A stretch of 61,292 bases of DNA, filler included, from Basidioascus undulatus (lineage: Eukaryota), in NCBI GenBank assembly GCA_000826855.1. It is 9 parts of 9 records of this genome, joined end to end, with 100 filler letters (N's around TTAATTAATTAA, not from the genome) between each part and the next. Parts side by side here need not be neighbours in the genome. Positions count along the whole stretch, not along the records: positions 13,539 to 38,870 come from JTLS01000216.1; 8 more parts are not named here. The stretch is one strand, 5' to 3'. A program made the position numbers and the translations under genes. Positions 24,562 through 35,205 of the stretch are shown here, one piece after another (the first letter of the stretch is position 1; the number at the start of each line of letters is the position of its first letter). Under the pieces are notes generated by a model, which saw only the letters and a list, made by a program, of their open reading frames with translations, searched no databases and was not told the origin of the DNA.

Positions 24562-26371
24562 TCAACAATGTCCGAGGCCGCTCATCTGCTGAACAACTTT
24601 CTTTCCTGGTGTCCACCTCGCAACTAACGCAAGGATCACAGGAGAGAATTCTTGCCTTGTGGCGAGGGTGGGGCTGGCGGCGCCTGAGATTCGAGGTAAC
24701 GTGAGAGAGGAGTATGAAGGTGGCTTTGAAAGCTTACGTACCCGGTTTGCCTTTTCTTGCCTGAGCTGCTTCGGTAAGAAGAAAGCAAGACCGAGAAGAT
24801 ACAGCCCGATGAGAAGCTTGCCAGCGCCCGCCATTTCAGCTAAGTATTGCTTTCCTGTATTGAACCAACGTACCAAGGCCCACCCAAGGAGCAACCACCG
24901 TGGCCAGCCGGGCACGTAGTCCCATTCGCCAAAACCGAGATATACGTTCAGGCCAGCCAGAACGAGCAAGACGATGCCAACGAAGACATGAAGCCAGTTC
25001 TGGATGGGACGGTGGGCGCGGTTTCTGAACTCGACTAGTGAGTTCCAACTCTCGTTTGTATGAAACGAAGAAGACGAACGACTTGTTGGTCGCATGCGCA
25101 TATTGTCCCAGGCCGAGCTGCAGCAGGAGGAGAATGACTAGCGCAAGTCCGAGGCGCTGGTGAATGTGGGAAGATTGAGTAATCTATGAAAACATAACAA
25201 GTGGAAAAGTCGTACCTGGTGCGTCGTAACGAAATGCATGGATGGGTCGTTTAGGTGGACGCCGGCGACAGCCGTGGCGAAGCCGAGCAGCACGAGTACG
25301 AGAGTGGCCGTCGATTGCAAAGCCCTGTGCCAGCGGAACCACCCGCCTGAGATATATTATTCAGTCAAATTCTGAGAGGAACAGAAAAAAAAGGCCGGCG
25401 CGACGCACCCCACCGATGCCTTGACAGTCGTGGGATCAGGACAGCGATCGGCGCCACCACCACCCAACCGAGAGCCATAGCCACCGCGTGAACGGCGATG
25501 AGGCCTGCGAAAATGGAGGCCCATCAATATGACCTCGTTCGTGTTTTCAGTAGAATACAGAAATACGGTAAGGCATCGGCCACGCTTGAACAGCTTGGAC
25601 AGCAGTGTTGTTTCGAGATGGGATCAAGAAGGTCTGTCCGGCCGGCAGAGGCTCTGTTGGATCGATCGAGCGCACATCAGCATCTACTTGAGATACTCAA
25701 AAGAAGCTCAGAATGCTTAATCGTCATGTTGAGCCGGAACTGGCCCTTCTCAGCATGCTCCGTGAAAGTCGAGTCAGCGCTGCCGGGGTTGGAGGGCAAG
25801 CGCGGCGAGAAGGCCCAGATGAAGGGGGTCTGGTCGGATGGCGCCGTCGCTTCGGGAAGATTATAGACTGAAGCAGAACTCAGAAATTAGCCAAGAAGTA
25901 CGGACGCACAAGGTCTGGGAAGAGCTCACCGATAGTGAACTGCCCAGCTGCCGTCGAGGTTGCGCCATCGGTTTCGGACTCGTTGCCCCTGACAAGTTGG
26001 GGAGTGGGAAGGCCTGAGTCAAGCTTAGGAGGGTTGTTCGCGGTGGTCGTCCGTTGCGAGAGTGTGAAAGAGTCTTGGAACGGGTACGCGACCTGTCGAC
26101 AACGGACGCACGGTGAAACTCAGCGTGTGGAGGGGCCTCCTCTGCAACACGCAACACGCACCGTGATATTGCTATCTGCCATTCGTGTACCCCTACCCAG
26201 GCCCACCCATCCCGTGCTACCCGGGGCGACAAGCGTATAGCGGGTATGCGAGCCGTTCCACACCGCGCTCGCGCAAACGGTGTCGCCGCACCACGCATCG
26301 CCGAAGAACTGACGCTGCGCGAGGCCAACAGTGGCGAGGACGAGGAATGGAAGGTGTATCTTAATGTTCAT
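24562..26371 (-). CDS. DOMON (CDH cytochrome-like) plus cytochrome b561 membrane protein
   Basis: Signal peptide, GWVGLGRGTRMADS DOMON motif, TM region with WFRWHRALQ, HFVTTHQ, RPIQNWLHVFVG; 3' end approximate. Confidence 0.85.
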
Positions 26372-27110
26372 TTCTCAAGTCTCGTTCGAAGTGGAAGAAG
26401 GTGCTGTGGTGGTTAAGCGGGAAGGAAGGAAGCTGAAAGTCGGATCCAAATCGCAGTCCCAGCTTCGCGGGAGTCGCTTGGCTGCAAGCTTCGTTCCGTT
26501 GAGGAAACTGCGCCTCCGATAAGCGACCTCGACCACTCTTGTATGGATATGACGAAATATCTTGGCAAATAACACAACGTGCATAAATGCCGCAAGGCCT
26601 GTACGCCGGAGGATCACTGCGCCCTCAATATGAGGTGGTCATACAACGCTGCTGCGGTGGGCTGAGAACCGACCGCATGCGCGCGTGCACAGGTTGTCGC
26701 TTGCATAACCGAAGCCTTGGCTACGGGCCAAGACGATGGAGTTTCTAAGGATGAGGATCCTCGGAGACGGTGCTGCTGAGCGATCAACCGTCAGCGTACA
26801 AGACTCGACTTACGTTATACAATGGCCAGCGTTTCCAGGTCCTGCCGTATAGCGTGAAAGCGGAAGAAGGGATAAGGTTTCAGTTAGCCCCCGGAGCACA
26901 AATCTTCCAGTAGCGCTTTTTTTACCGATACCGTGGCTCAAACCAGAGGCGATAGTTCAGGACGAGTGGCGGGGCAAAATGTAGAGCTAACTTCAATCGG
27001 CAACGGAAAGAAACAGTATCGCATATAGTGTTTTAACAACTCTTGTCACCGCGAACGCCTGCAGTACAATTTCATATCTAATCTGCGACACGCCGTAACA
27101 ACAAGCGGCC

Positions 27111-28842
27111 TCATTCCTTCAACACCGCGAACGACCCCCTCCCGTCCTTCTCCAGCCGTTCCCGCAGCTTCGTGCGCTCGAACGCGACAGCAGGAGTGAG
27201 CACACCCTTGGGTATCTGCTCTTTCTCCTGCAGGAAAGTCTGAAGGGCTGCAACAAAAAGGATGGGCGTGGCAACGTATCCCGCCTCCCCGCCAGAGATA
27301 CGAGTCGTGACGCTGACATCAGGAGCTGTAGTCGCGGAGGGAGGGTTGGAGGAGGAGTAGCCTGTAAATTTACCGAACTAGAGCTTCAGCGCAGTGAGAA
27401 CAAGGTAGTAGATCAGTCGCAGCGTTCGTTACCTGACGCGATAAACGTCTCGGACCACGTCGTCGTATCGAGCCTGCCCCAAAATGTCAGCTTCGATTTG
27501 GGCAAGAGTCTGATGAACCGCTCCTACTGCTCCTGCGTCGGTCCCGTACGCTTGACGAGCCCGAACGTGAACAGGCCAGGATACCGCAGAAGCAGCGTCC
27601 GGCCCCAGCCATAGCGCGCCAACGCGCTGAACACGGAAAGGTACAGGACGGTGAGGAGGAGGTACCGCAGGCGGGGGATGACGATGTATGCGCCGAACTG
27701 GACGGGGGAGGCGGTCGAGGGGGAGATGTGCGGCTGCAGAGTCTGCGAGAGGCGGACGATCGCGGGGTCTGCGCCGAAACGAGAAAAAAGAATCAGTGGA
27801 GGCTGTAGGTTAGATGCGGAGGGATGGAGGCGCACCGGCAAAGAAGTAGGGAAGAAGGTAGCCGCGGATGCGCAGGTCGCGCAGGAGGAAGCCGTACTTC
27901 GGCTTGGGAGGGGGAAGGCGCTTCCCGACGAAGGGCGGGCGGCCGTACTGCGCCGCGAGAGCTTTGCGGATTGGCCCGAGGTTCTTTGCCGAGCCGAATC
28001 CATGAACAGCCGCTTCGTAAGTGGTGAAGTTGACTGGCAGCCCCACCAGTTCAGCAAACCGCGAAAGGGGGAGATCGAGGGAAAGACGAACTCGCGACGC
28101 CCTTCGCTCCCGGGTAGATCTGGAAGAACATCTCGACGCTGCTCGGCGTCGCGCCCTTCTCCCTTAAACGCTCCTTCGTGTCCTGTACGCCGAGCTCGCA
28201 CGGCACAGAGTCGAACGCGGCCGCGTGGATGATCGAGACGCCCGCGGCGGAGGCGGACGCGTGCGAGGAGAGGTGCGTCTTCTCGACGAACTCGGGCTCG
28301 CCGCAGAGGTCGAGGTAGTGTGTAGCGGTCGCAATGCACTGGCCGAGGTTTCCGTGAGCAGGACGTGGTTGGTTCGAGGTCGCGCGATACTCACTGCGTC
28401 AACGACGGGTTTGCCGAGGAAGCGATAAGGACCAGTACAGTTCAGGATCACTGCAAAGGGCCGTGACCAGATGCAGGGGGAAGCGCATGTCATTCAAGAA
28501 CATACCCTGAGTGCTCGCCGTCACCGCCCTCAATCCATCCTCGTCCTTGATGTTCACCACCTTCTTCAAAGGCGCATGCACGCCCGCCCATTTCTCCTTC
28601 ACCGACGCCTCGATCTCATCCAGAGCTTGCGCGGAGCGCGCAGCGATAGCCTTCGACAAAGAAGAGACATATTCTATTCAGCACGCGTCGGGCGACACTT
28701 CGCGGAAGACGCGTACCCAGCTGAAGTCGTTTGGGAAGCGGTCGGCGTGCGAGCCTAGCTCGGAGCAGAGCTCGTCGATGACACGACGAGCTGTGAAGCC
28801 CGTAGCACCGAGAACTGTCACAGTAGTGCGCGAGTCCGCCAT
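27111..28842 (-). CDS. Saccharopine dehydrogenase-like oxidoreductase (SCCPDH family)
   Basis: VLGATGFTA Rossmann motif, VILNCTGPYRFLGKPVVDA, AFDSVPCELGV, NFTTYEA, AGYVAT, KGVLTPAVAF. Confidence 0.9.
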
Positions 28843-29356
28843 CAAGATGGGTATGCGAGTGGGGAAAGCCCCGAGATGATAGCAGGAGTAGAGGAGAACC
28901 AAAGGAGGACGGCGTGGACGCATCAAGCTTGGTGCTTTTCCGACGCGTGCCGGCTCGGCAATTGAGTAACCGAATATTTCACCTCGGTGCTCCTGCTACA
29001 TATCCATCTACAACGCTTGGAAAAGCGATTCAAGCCGGAAAATATCGTGTACAGCTTAAGAGCAAGCGCGAGTTGAGGGTGCGGTCAATGGGCACAATGT
29101 ACTAAAATGCAGCAGACTATGAGCAGACGTCCTGGAGTGCGGGTTACCCTTCGTCGCTTTTCTCGCATCCCATGGAGGGTTCCAAAAGCATCTATACCAT
29201 ATAAGGTATCAAGATGGTCGCATAATTATACAAAATTACGAGCACAGCAAGCTCGGGTATCGTGCGTGCAGTGCCACAATGCGTCCGTCGCGGCGGATTG
29301 TCGCTGCTTCACTTGGTCTTGCTCCTGTTCACCCCCTCAAAATGTCAGAAACTGTA

Positions 29357-30907
29357 CTACACGCGAGAGGAGAGGGACGGAACGCGCAGCATCCTCATCA
29401 ACGCCGCGATGCCCATCCAGCCGAACTTGTCCGGCGGGTAGCAAACGTAGAGCAGCTCCTCCTCGACGCCGAACTTGCGCTGCATCACCACGGATATCAG
29501 CCACTAATGCACGCGTACATCGAAGGATGGCTGTCGAAGACGTACACGGAAGTTCCCGCGCTTCGTGAGTCCTGTCGCGCGAACAATAGCGCTGTAGGCT
29601 TTGGAGAGCCACGTAATTTTCCAGCCCTGGCCAAGCGCAAGGCCTTGCGTGAGCTGCGCGCGTGAGACGGGAAGCGAAGCGAGCAAGAGACGTACGCCCA
29701 TGTTCTCCACCGGCTGCAGCTCGTCCGCAGCGCTCGTGCCGAACGTAACGGCGTGCTTGCCCTCGTCCCGAAGGGTCTCGATCACCGATGCGATGAGATA
29801 TTCGGACGTGCCTGAGGACGCGAGTTTCAGGATGTTGCTGCGCCGGAGTGGGCAGCCGGGAACGAGGGGCGACGCACCTTTTGGAGAGCCCGGGAACTGC
29901 AGAGCGTTCTTGATTTGGTAGGAGTCGTCCTTCAGCCTGAACAGCCGCCGGGGATCAGTCAGAGGGCCAGGGCCGGACAATTGAGATATTTGAGGAGCGT
30001 AGCGCACTCAGCGAGAATGCAGATCCCCACGACCTGGAATGCCCAACGCGACATAACAGTTAGCGGGGGTTTCCGTGCGTGAGATGGGCCAAAACACACC
30101 TTGTCTTCCACCCGAGCCAGCCAATACCTGCGGTGCTCTTGGTCGAGCCACGGCTGAAGCGTTGCCTGTTCGAAAGGAGTTTTGATTGGGTCAGATGCGG
30201 AACAAACGGGATGGAGGAAAGGGACACACGGAGGCGATCTGAATGCCCGAACGTTCGGATTTCCACTGCTCAATGCCCGCCTCGATCTCCTTCTTCACCT
30301 CCTCGCTCAGCTCGGCGCCTGTCTCCTCCGTGACCTTGACGCCATCGCGCTTTGCGCGGCGAACGTTGTGCTTGAGGTCCTTTGAGTTAAGCTTGACCTC
30401 GTCAGGATGCAGGACGTCCTCCTGCAACACGCGCAACAGTAAGAATCGATGCGCGAGAACGAAGTGATGGGATGTGATGAGGGAGTGCCCACCTTGATGC
30501 AGGTGAGCGCAGCCCAGCCGAGATGGGCAAGGACGTGCTCGAGCTCCTCGTCGACGCAGCACCAGAACGGGTAGAGGTTCTTCTCCTCTGTGAAATGGAT
30601 GAACTCCTTCACGACGCGCTCGAGGTCCTTATTGTTTTTACACAGAGGATTGCCCCAGGCGATCGCGTAGCCGTCCTACAAGGGAAGGTCGCGCATCTGT
30701 GAGCTACAGGGGACGACCGGGAGAAGAGTGGACGGGAGGGGATCTCACGCTCTCCATGTAACCCTGCACCGCCGGCGACTCCTCCGAATGGGAAGAACCC
30801 CTCCAGATATCATATCGAGGCTCAAGCCACGCCGTGGCTGCAGACTCGCCGTGGCGAGCGATGAGATCGGCCACGTCGGCTTTTTCAGAAGGAACGCCGT
30901 TGGACAT
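29357..30907 (-). CDS. Free-standing DUF2156 (LPG_synthase_C) aminoacyl-tRNA transferase, ErgS/ErdS-transferase-like
   Basis: LIARHGESAATAWLEPRYDIW, AIAWGNPLC, YQIKNALQFPGSPKG|TSEYLI..VTFG, TGLTKRGNFR|AKFG..LYVCYP; no aminoacyl-tRNA synthetase domain fused. Confidence 0.85.
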
Positions 30908-31634
30908 CGTGGTGGATTGAGTGCTTTGGTTGTGTGAGGGTGTAAAGTGATGAACCTAAGGGTATTCGTGCAAGGTGAGTAAAGGAGCGAAAGAGCAGCA
31001 GTGCGTCGATCAAAAGTTGTGCGTGAGACGAGGCCGAAGAGGTGGAGCAGCGCATCGCTGACGGAAGGTGGAGCGTGAGCGTCGAGAACTGGCTCGAAGG
31101 TGGGATGACGCCATCTAGACTCCGATAAGACACGCGTTTTTTTATAGCTGTACGCGATCAGTTACACGTGCATAATGCAAGGATTAATGTTTTCGTCACA
31201 ACTCACAAGCTCATGCCGGCGTGGGAGGCGCTGATCGTCATGATGAGGGCGGCGACCGACCGCTCGCTGGTGGACGAGGCGGACGTTGGTCACTCTAGCC
31301 GCCACGTGCCGCTCGAAACGTGCTGCAAGAACTGTTTGATGTACTGGTTTTGAATTTCAAGAACAATTCATGATTGTGTTGCTCGAAGTGTACAGTCAGT
31401 GCGGATACTGGTGCGGATAGTGGCTGTGGCGAAGGAGCCAGGACGAGGAGTCGGGATCACCCCTCGTCGGCAGTCAACCTCGAGCATTACCTCGGGCCGA
31501 CAACCTTGGGATACAACAACTGTAAACCGCCCGGTACATCAGACACTAGGCTTGACTTGTCCCAAATTGCATCAAGAAGCGGTGAGAAGTCGGCAGTCGC
31601 TCGAATGGCAGCCATTTTGATTGCGTCAAAGAGT

Positions 31635-31643
31635 CTATATTTC
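31635..31643 (+). promoter_or_regulatory. TATA-like element upstream of the permuted tRNA
   Basis: CTATATTTC about 50 nt upstream of the 3' half; position fits an external Pol III promoter (inference). Confidence 0.4.
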
Positions 31644-31689
31644 AAAAGGAAGAGGTCGTTACCGTCAGTTTGATCAAACGGTAGTCGGG

Positions 31690-31762
31690 ATCAGGGGGTT
31701 GCAGGTTCGATCCCTGCGTCGGTCACGGCCGGCTGGCTCAATGGTAGAGTATCTGACTACGA
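31690..31762 (+). tRNA. Circularly permuted tRNA-Arg(ACG): 3' half 31690-31725, 1-nt spacer, 5' half 31727-31762
   Basis: Swapping the halves gives a complete 72-nt cloverleaf: acceptor GGCCGGC/GTCGGTC plus A73, D-arm GCTC-AATGGTA-GAGT, anticodon arm TCTGA-CTACGAA-TCAGG, T-arm GCAGG-TTCGATC-CCTGC; TTATTTT follows. Confidence 0.88.
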
Positions 31763-32199
31763 CTTATTTTGTTCCTTAATAGGTTTTCTTCCTTTTGACA
31801 GGGTGCGCCAAGAACCAGTCCGTTCAATAGACACAGTTCCTAGGAATCAAAGCTGCGAAGATGTCAAGAGACAGGTTGGAATAGCCCTTGCCTGCACAGG
31901 AAATTTAGCAATGTTTTGTACAGGTTTGGGAGCAAGAATAGCCCCATGCACAGCTGTATTGGGTGTAACGGAACGTTGACAACAGGCAGCACCAGCAAGT
32001 CCGGCAGCCAGGTCTTGTACATGAGGTCGGATCATCGGCTACCAAAACTTGTAATTGTAGCCAGGGCTATCCATAATAAGATCGAAGAACAGAGCGCATC
32101 GGACACCCTCGAGCTCGTTCACTCGTCAGCTGTTCCAGAGAATAGAGATGTTAACGTTGCGGTAGTACGGTGGCGGAGCTTCAAGGTAAACACCGAAGC

Positions 32200-33050
32200 A
32201 GCTCAGCTTCCTCCCACCCCGCAGCGAGCATCGCCTCCCGGATGTCACCTCCTTCTCGAGCCACTGCTCCTCGATGCCCATTGTATCGGCCAGGCGGATG
32301 CGAAACTCGCGACGCTGCTCCTCAATCTCCGGCAGAAAGCGACTCTTCCCCTGGCGTTCCGCAATCGCCTTGCAGTCCTCCACGTAGGCCATGTCGAAGG
32401 TCAAGCGCGGGCTCGAGATCCGCCAAATGACGGCATCAGATTCCCAGCGGTGTCTGTCCATCCAGGAGCCCGCGAGCGTCTGACCTGGCATCAGCGAACA
32501 GCGCAGTGGGCAAGACTCGGTACCGCGCTCAGGCCTTCGATGACGTTCCCCAGGACTCCGTCGCTACGAGACGCGGCTATGATGCACTCTTCGATGCCGG
32601 CACAGCACAGCAGATTTGGAAAACTCTCCCAGCAGTGGCGAGCGTCTTCGTATCTCCGGAAACGAGACTGTAAAAGCGAGGTGAAGTCGTCGACTTCGTT
32701 GTCTTCAAGCCGGAGAAGCTGCAGCTCGAGCACTCGAATCAGGCAGCGCCGCTTGTAGAGGTAGGAGAACGCGTCCAGGAGGGTCAACCCCGACAGACGA
32801 GGACGAGGCGATCTAGGATGAGGCTCAGCAAATGCGGGTTTAGACAGAGCGTCCGAGGCGAAGCGCGAGTGCTGTCCTGAGTGAGTGAGGGCGCAGCGCG
32901 AGTAGGCAACTCGCATGCGAGGCGGTACCATGTCCGGCTGACGAGCAGATGCAGCAGGGAGACAGGACGCTCGACAAACTCCAGAGGCGGCGGCTCGAAA
33001 AGGTACCCAAAGATCAAGAGAAGCACGTCGAAAGTGAGTGGCCTCGCGGA
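32200..33050 (-). pseudogene. Decayed F-box-like gene, copy C
   Basis: LTFDVLLLIFGYLFEPPP...LLVSRTWYRLA...TLCLNPHLL; frameshifts and stop; homologous to copies A and B. Confidence 0.7.
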
Positions 33051-34320
33051 CTGAATTAAAGAAAAAGAGTGTACTCTTAGCCTATCAGGAAGCACATGTG
33101 GTGCCAAGGGTCATTGACGCACCAATTCAGGAAGTGCAGCGTCACGAGCGACCGGAGCTTGCGCCTGCGTGCGTTTCACGGGCGCTTGTAAATCTTCATG
33201 GTAAAGAATATGACTAGATCACCACATACCCTTATTTTGCCTCAGCGAACTGCAGGGCACCGATCTTGAGCAGCGGCTTCCTCACTGTCCCCGAGTGTGG
33301 CGCGATGTCAAACACGCCAGGCAAGCGAACCCCGGTCCAGGAGAGGGCTCACGTTCAGGTATATAGACTCTGACTAGCGCCACAGCTACTATAAGATAAA
33401 CAGACAGGAGTATGCCGTCAAAGATGTGGCCGATGTCCAGCGGGCGCGTCGCAGCCTGCCAGACGAAGAACGGCGCCGCCGCCACCATGCTGATTGTGCA
33501 CAAGAAATGGAAACTGGGGAGCCTAATTGCGAGGTATAATAACCCTGCTAGATGATTGAAGGGTTTATCGAGTCGAGGATGGGGCGAAAGTGAGGATGTC
33601 CTGGAGTCGGGAGTGGCGGTGTGCGGTCAACCGTTGGGGCCAGGTTTGCACGCGCACTCGCGTAACGCAACATCGACTTCTCACGTACAATCGGAGCTGA
33701 AACTCTCGTTTGACACAGTAATTTCATTTGCGGACGCCCTTCCGGTGCGATGTTCTTCGGAGCCTGTCGCCGTCTCCTGCCGCTGCTGAGATCAACTTGT
33801 TCGCGCCACCACTTTTCTTACACGCGGCCCACTTTCTGACTTCGCCCTTCGGCTACAAAATGGTCTGGTAGAATACCCTGTGTAAGATCAAAGGCTATTC
33901 AATGGAGGTAGTCACAACGCGACGTAAGTGCGAAGCCGTCGATCCACACTAATAAGTACAAGATGTGATCGTCCTGAGGTGAGTGCAGAGGATTTCTATT
34001 GAAGGCTGCATGGGAAGGTCTCGTCTATACACTGCAGTATCTCGAAGCACTGCGCTAGGTAGCCAACTGTAACTGCGAGGACTGCTCCCAGTCTGGCTCC
34101 CGGCCTTAATGTTGCTAAAGCGCCTCTATCCTGGTTTCTTGATTTTATTTGGTAGCAAAAAAATGCTTCAATACCATGTAGCTTTATGTGCTACAGGCGC
34201 GGAGACGACGACAAGGCGCAATCGGCTGCTTGCGCATCGTGCAGCGGCTCTCACAGACACCATAACTGCAACTTACTCGAATCATCGCCCCAACATTCCC
34301 CCAACCCCTTTTCGAGCCTC

Positions 34321-34948
34321 TCATTTCTTCCCCACCGTCTTCCCCGTGACCTCCCGTACCCTCTCCCAGACGGGCCCCTGGTCACCAAAGACCTCAAACT
34401 CGCCCATCTGCTCCTCCTTAGGCCCCACCGGCTTGTGCACGACCGCCGCCGCGGGGACGGTGATCGGCTGCTTGGAGGGATCACCGGCCACAACGTAGCT
34501 GACCTTCATCGTCGTGTAGACGTGGTAGGGCGCGATGGAGACGCGGGTCGGCCTGCGCCCATGTTCCGATTCAGCGTGCCATTCCAGCCTGAAATGCGAA
34601 GGAGGTGATCACTCGTGCTTGATCGAATCAAAGTGGGGCAAGACCTCCTTGTAGACCTTCTTGATCTCATCGAGCCCTTTGAGCGGAGGCTGGTTCCCGA
34701 ACCGCGCCGTCGCGTCTGTCCCGTCCCGTTCCTTCATCTCTTAGCGACACCGCCCTCGACCCAACCCCAATGATGCTTGCAAGAATAACAGAGGGGGAAA
34801 GGGAAAAAAATGGGGGCGCACCGGGTTTGAAGAACCCCTCAAGCGCATCCAAGTTCTTGCTGTCGAGCGTCTGCAGCAGTCGCGCGAGCCAGTCCGCCTC
34901 CCAGAGCTGCACGCCCGCGAGCTCGAGTTCGTCCTGCGGGTCGGGCAT
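34321..34948 (-). CDS. SnoaL-like / NTF2-fold protein
   Basis: WLARLLQTLDSKNLDALEGFFKP|DATARFGNQPPLKGLDEIK...IKHE...VSYVVAGDP..ITVPA..FEVFGD.GPV. Confidence 0.82.
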
Positions 34949-35205
34949 CTCGGCAGTTCTTGTTCCTTCCTTGTCGTTGGCGTTAACTGAAAAATGCTCG
35001 AGGGCAGCAGCAGCGGCGAGGCAGGTGGTCGTGAGCGAAGCGAGAAAGGAGTGAGTGATGCAGCGACTGCCTGCACTAGGTTCCCGGGTGCGAACCCAAC
35101 TGTCCAGCCGGCTTGACCAAATTGCCAAAAAGAAATAAAAAAAATCCCCCCAAAAACTCAATGCAGCAGTGCGCCCTCGTCCTCAGCCCAAGCTCCCCAT
35201 TCCCT

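Noticed and set aside
31600..31850. Two tandem complete tRNA-Arg genes explaining the 3'-half/5'-half order
   Set aside because: No 5' half upstream of 31690 and no T-arm downstream of 31762; the halves complement each other exactly with a 1-nt gap.
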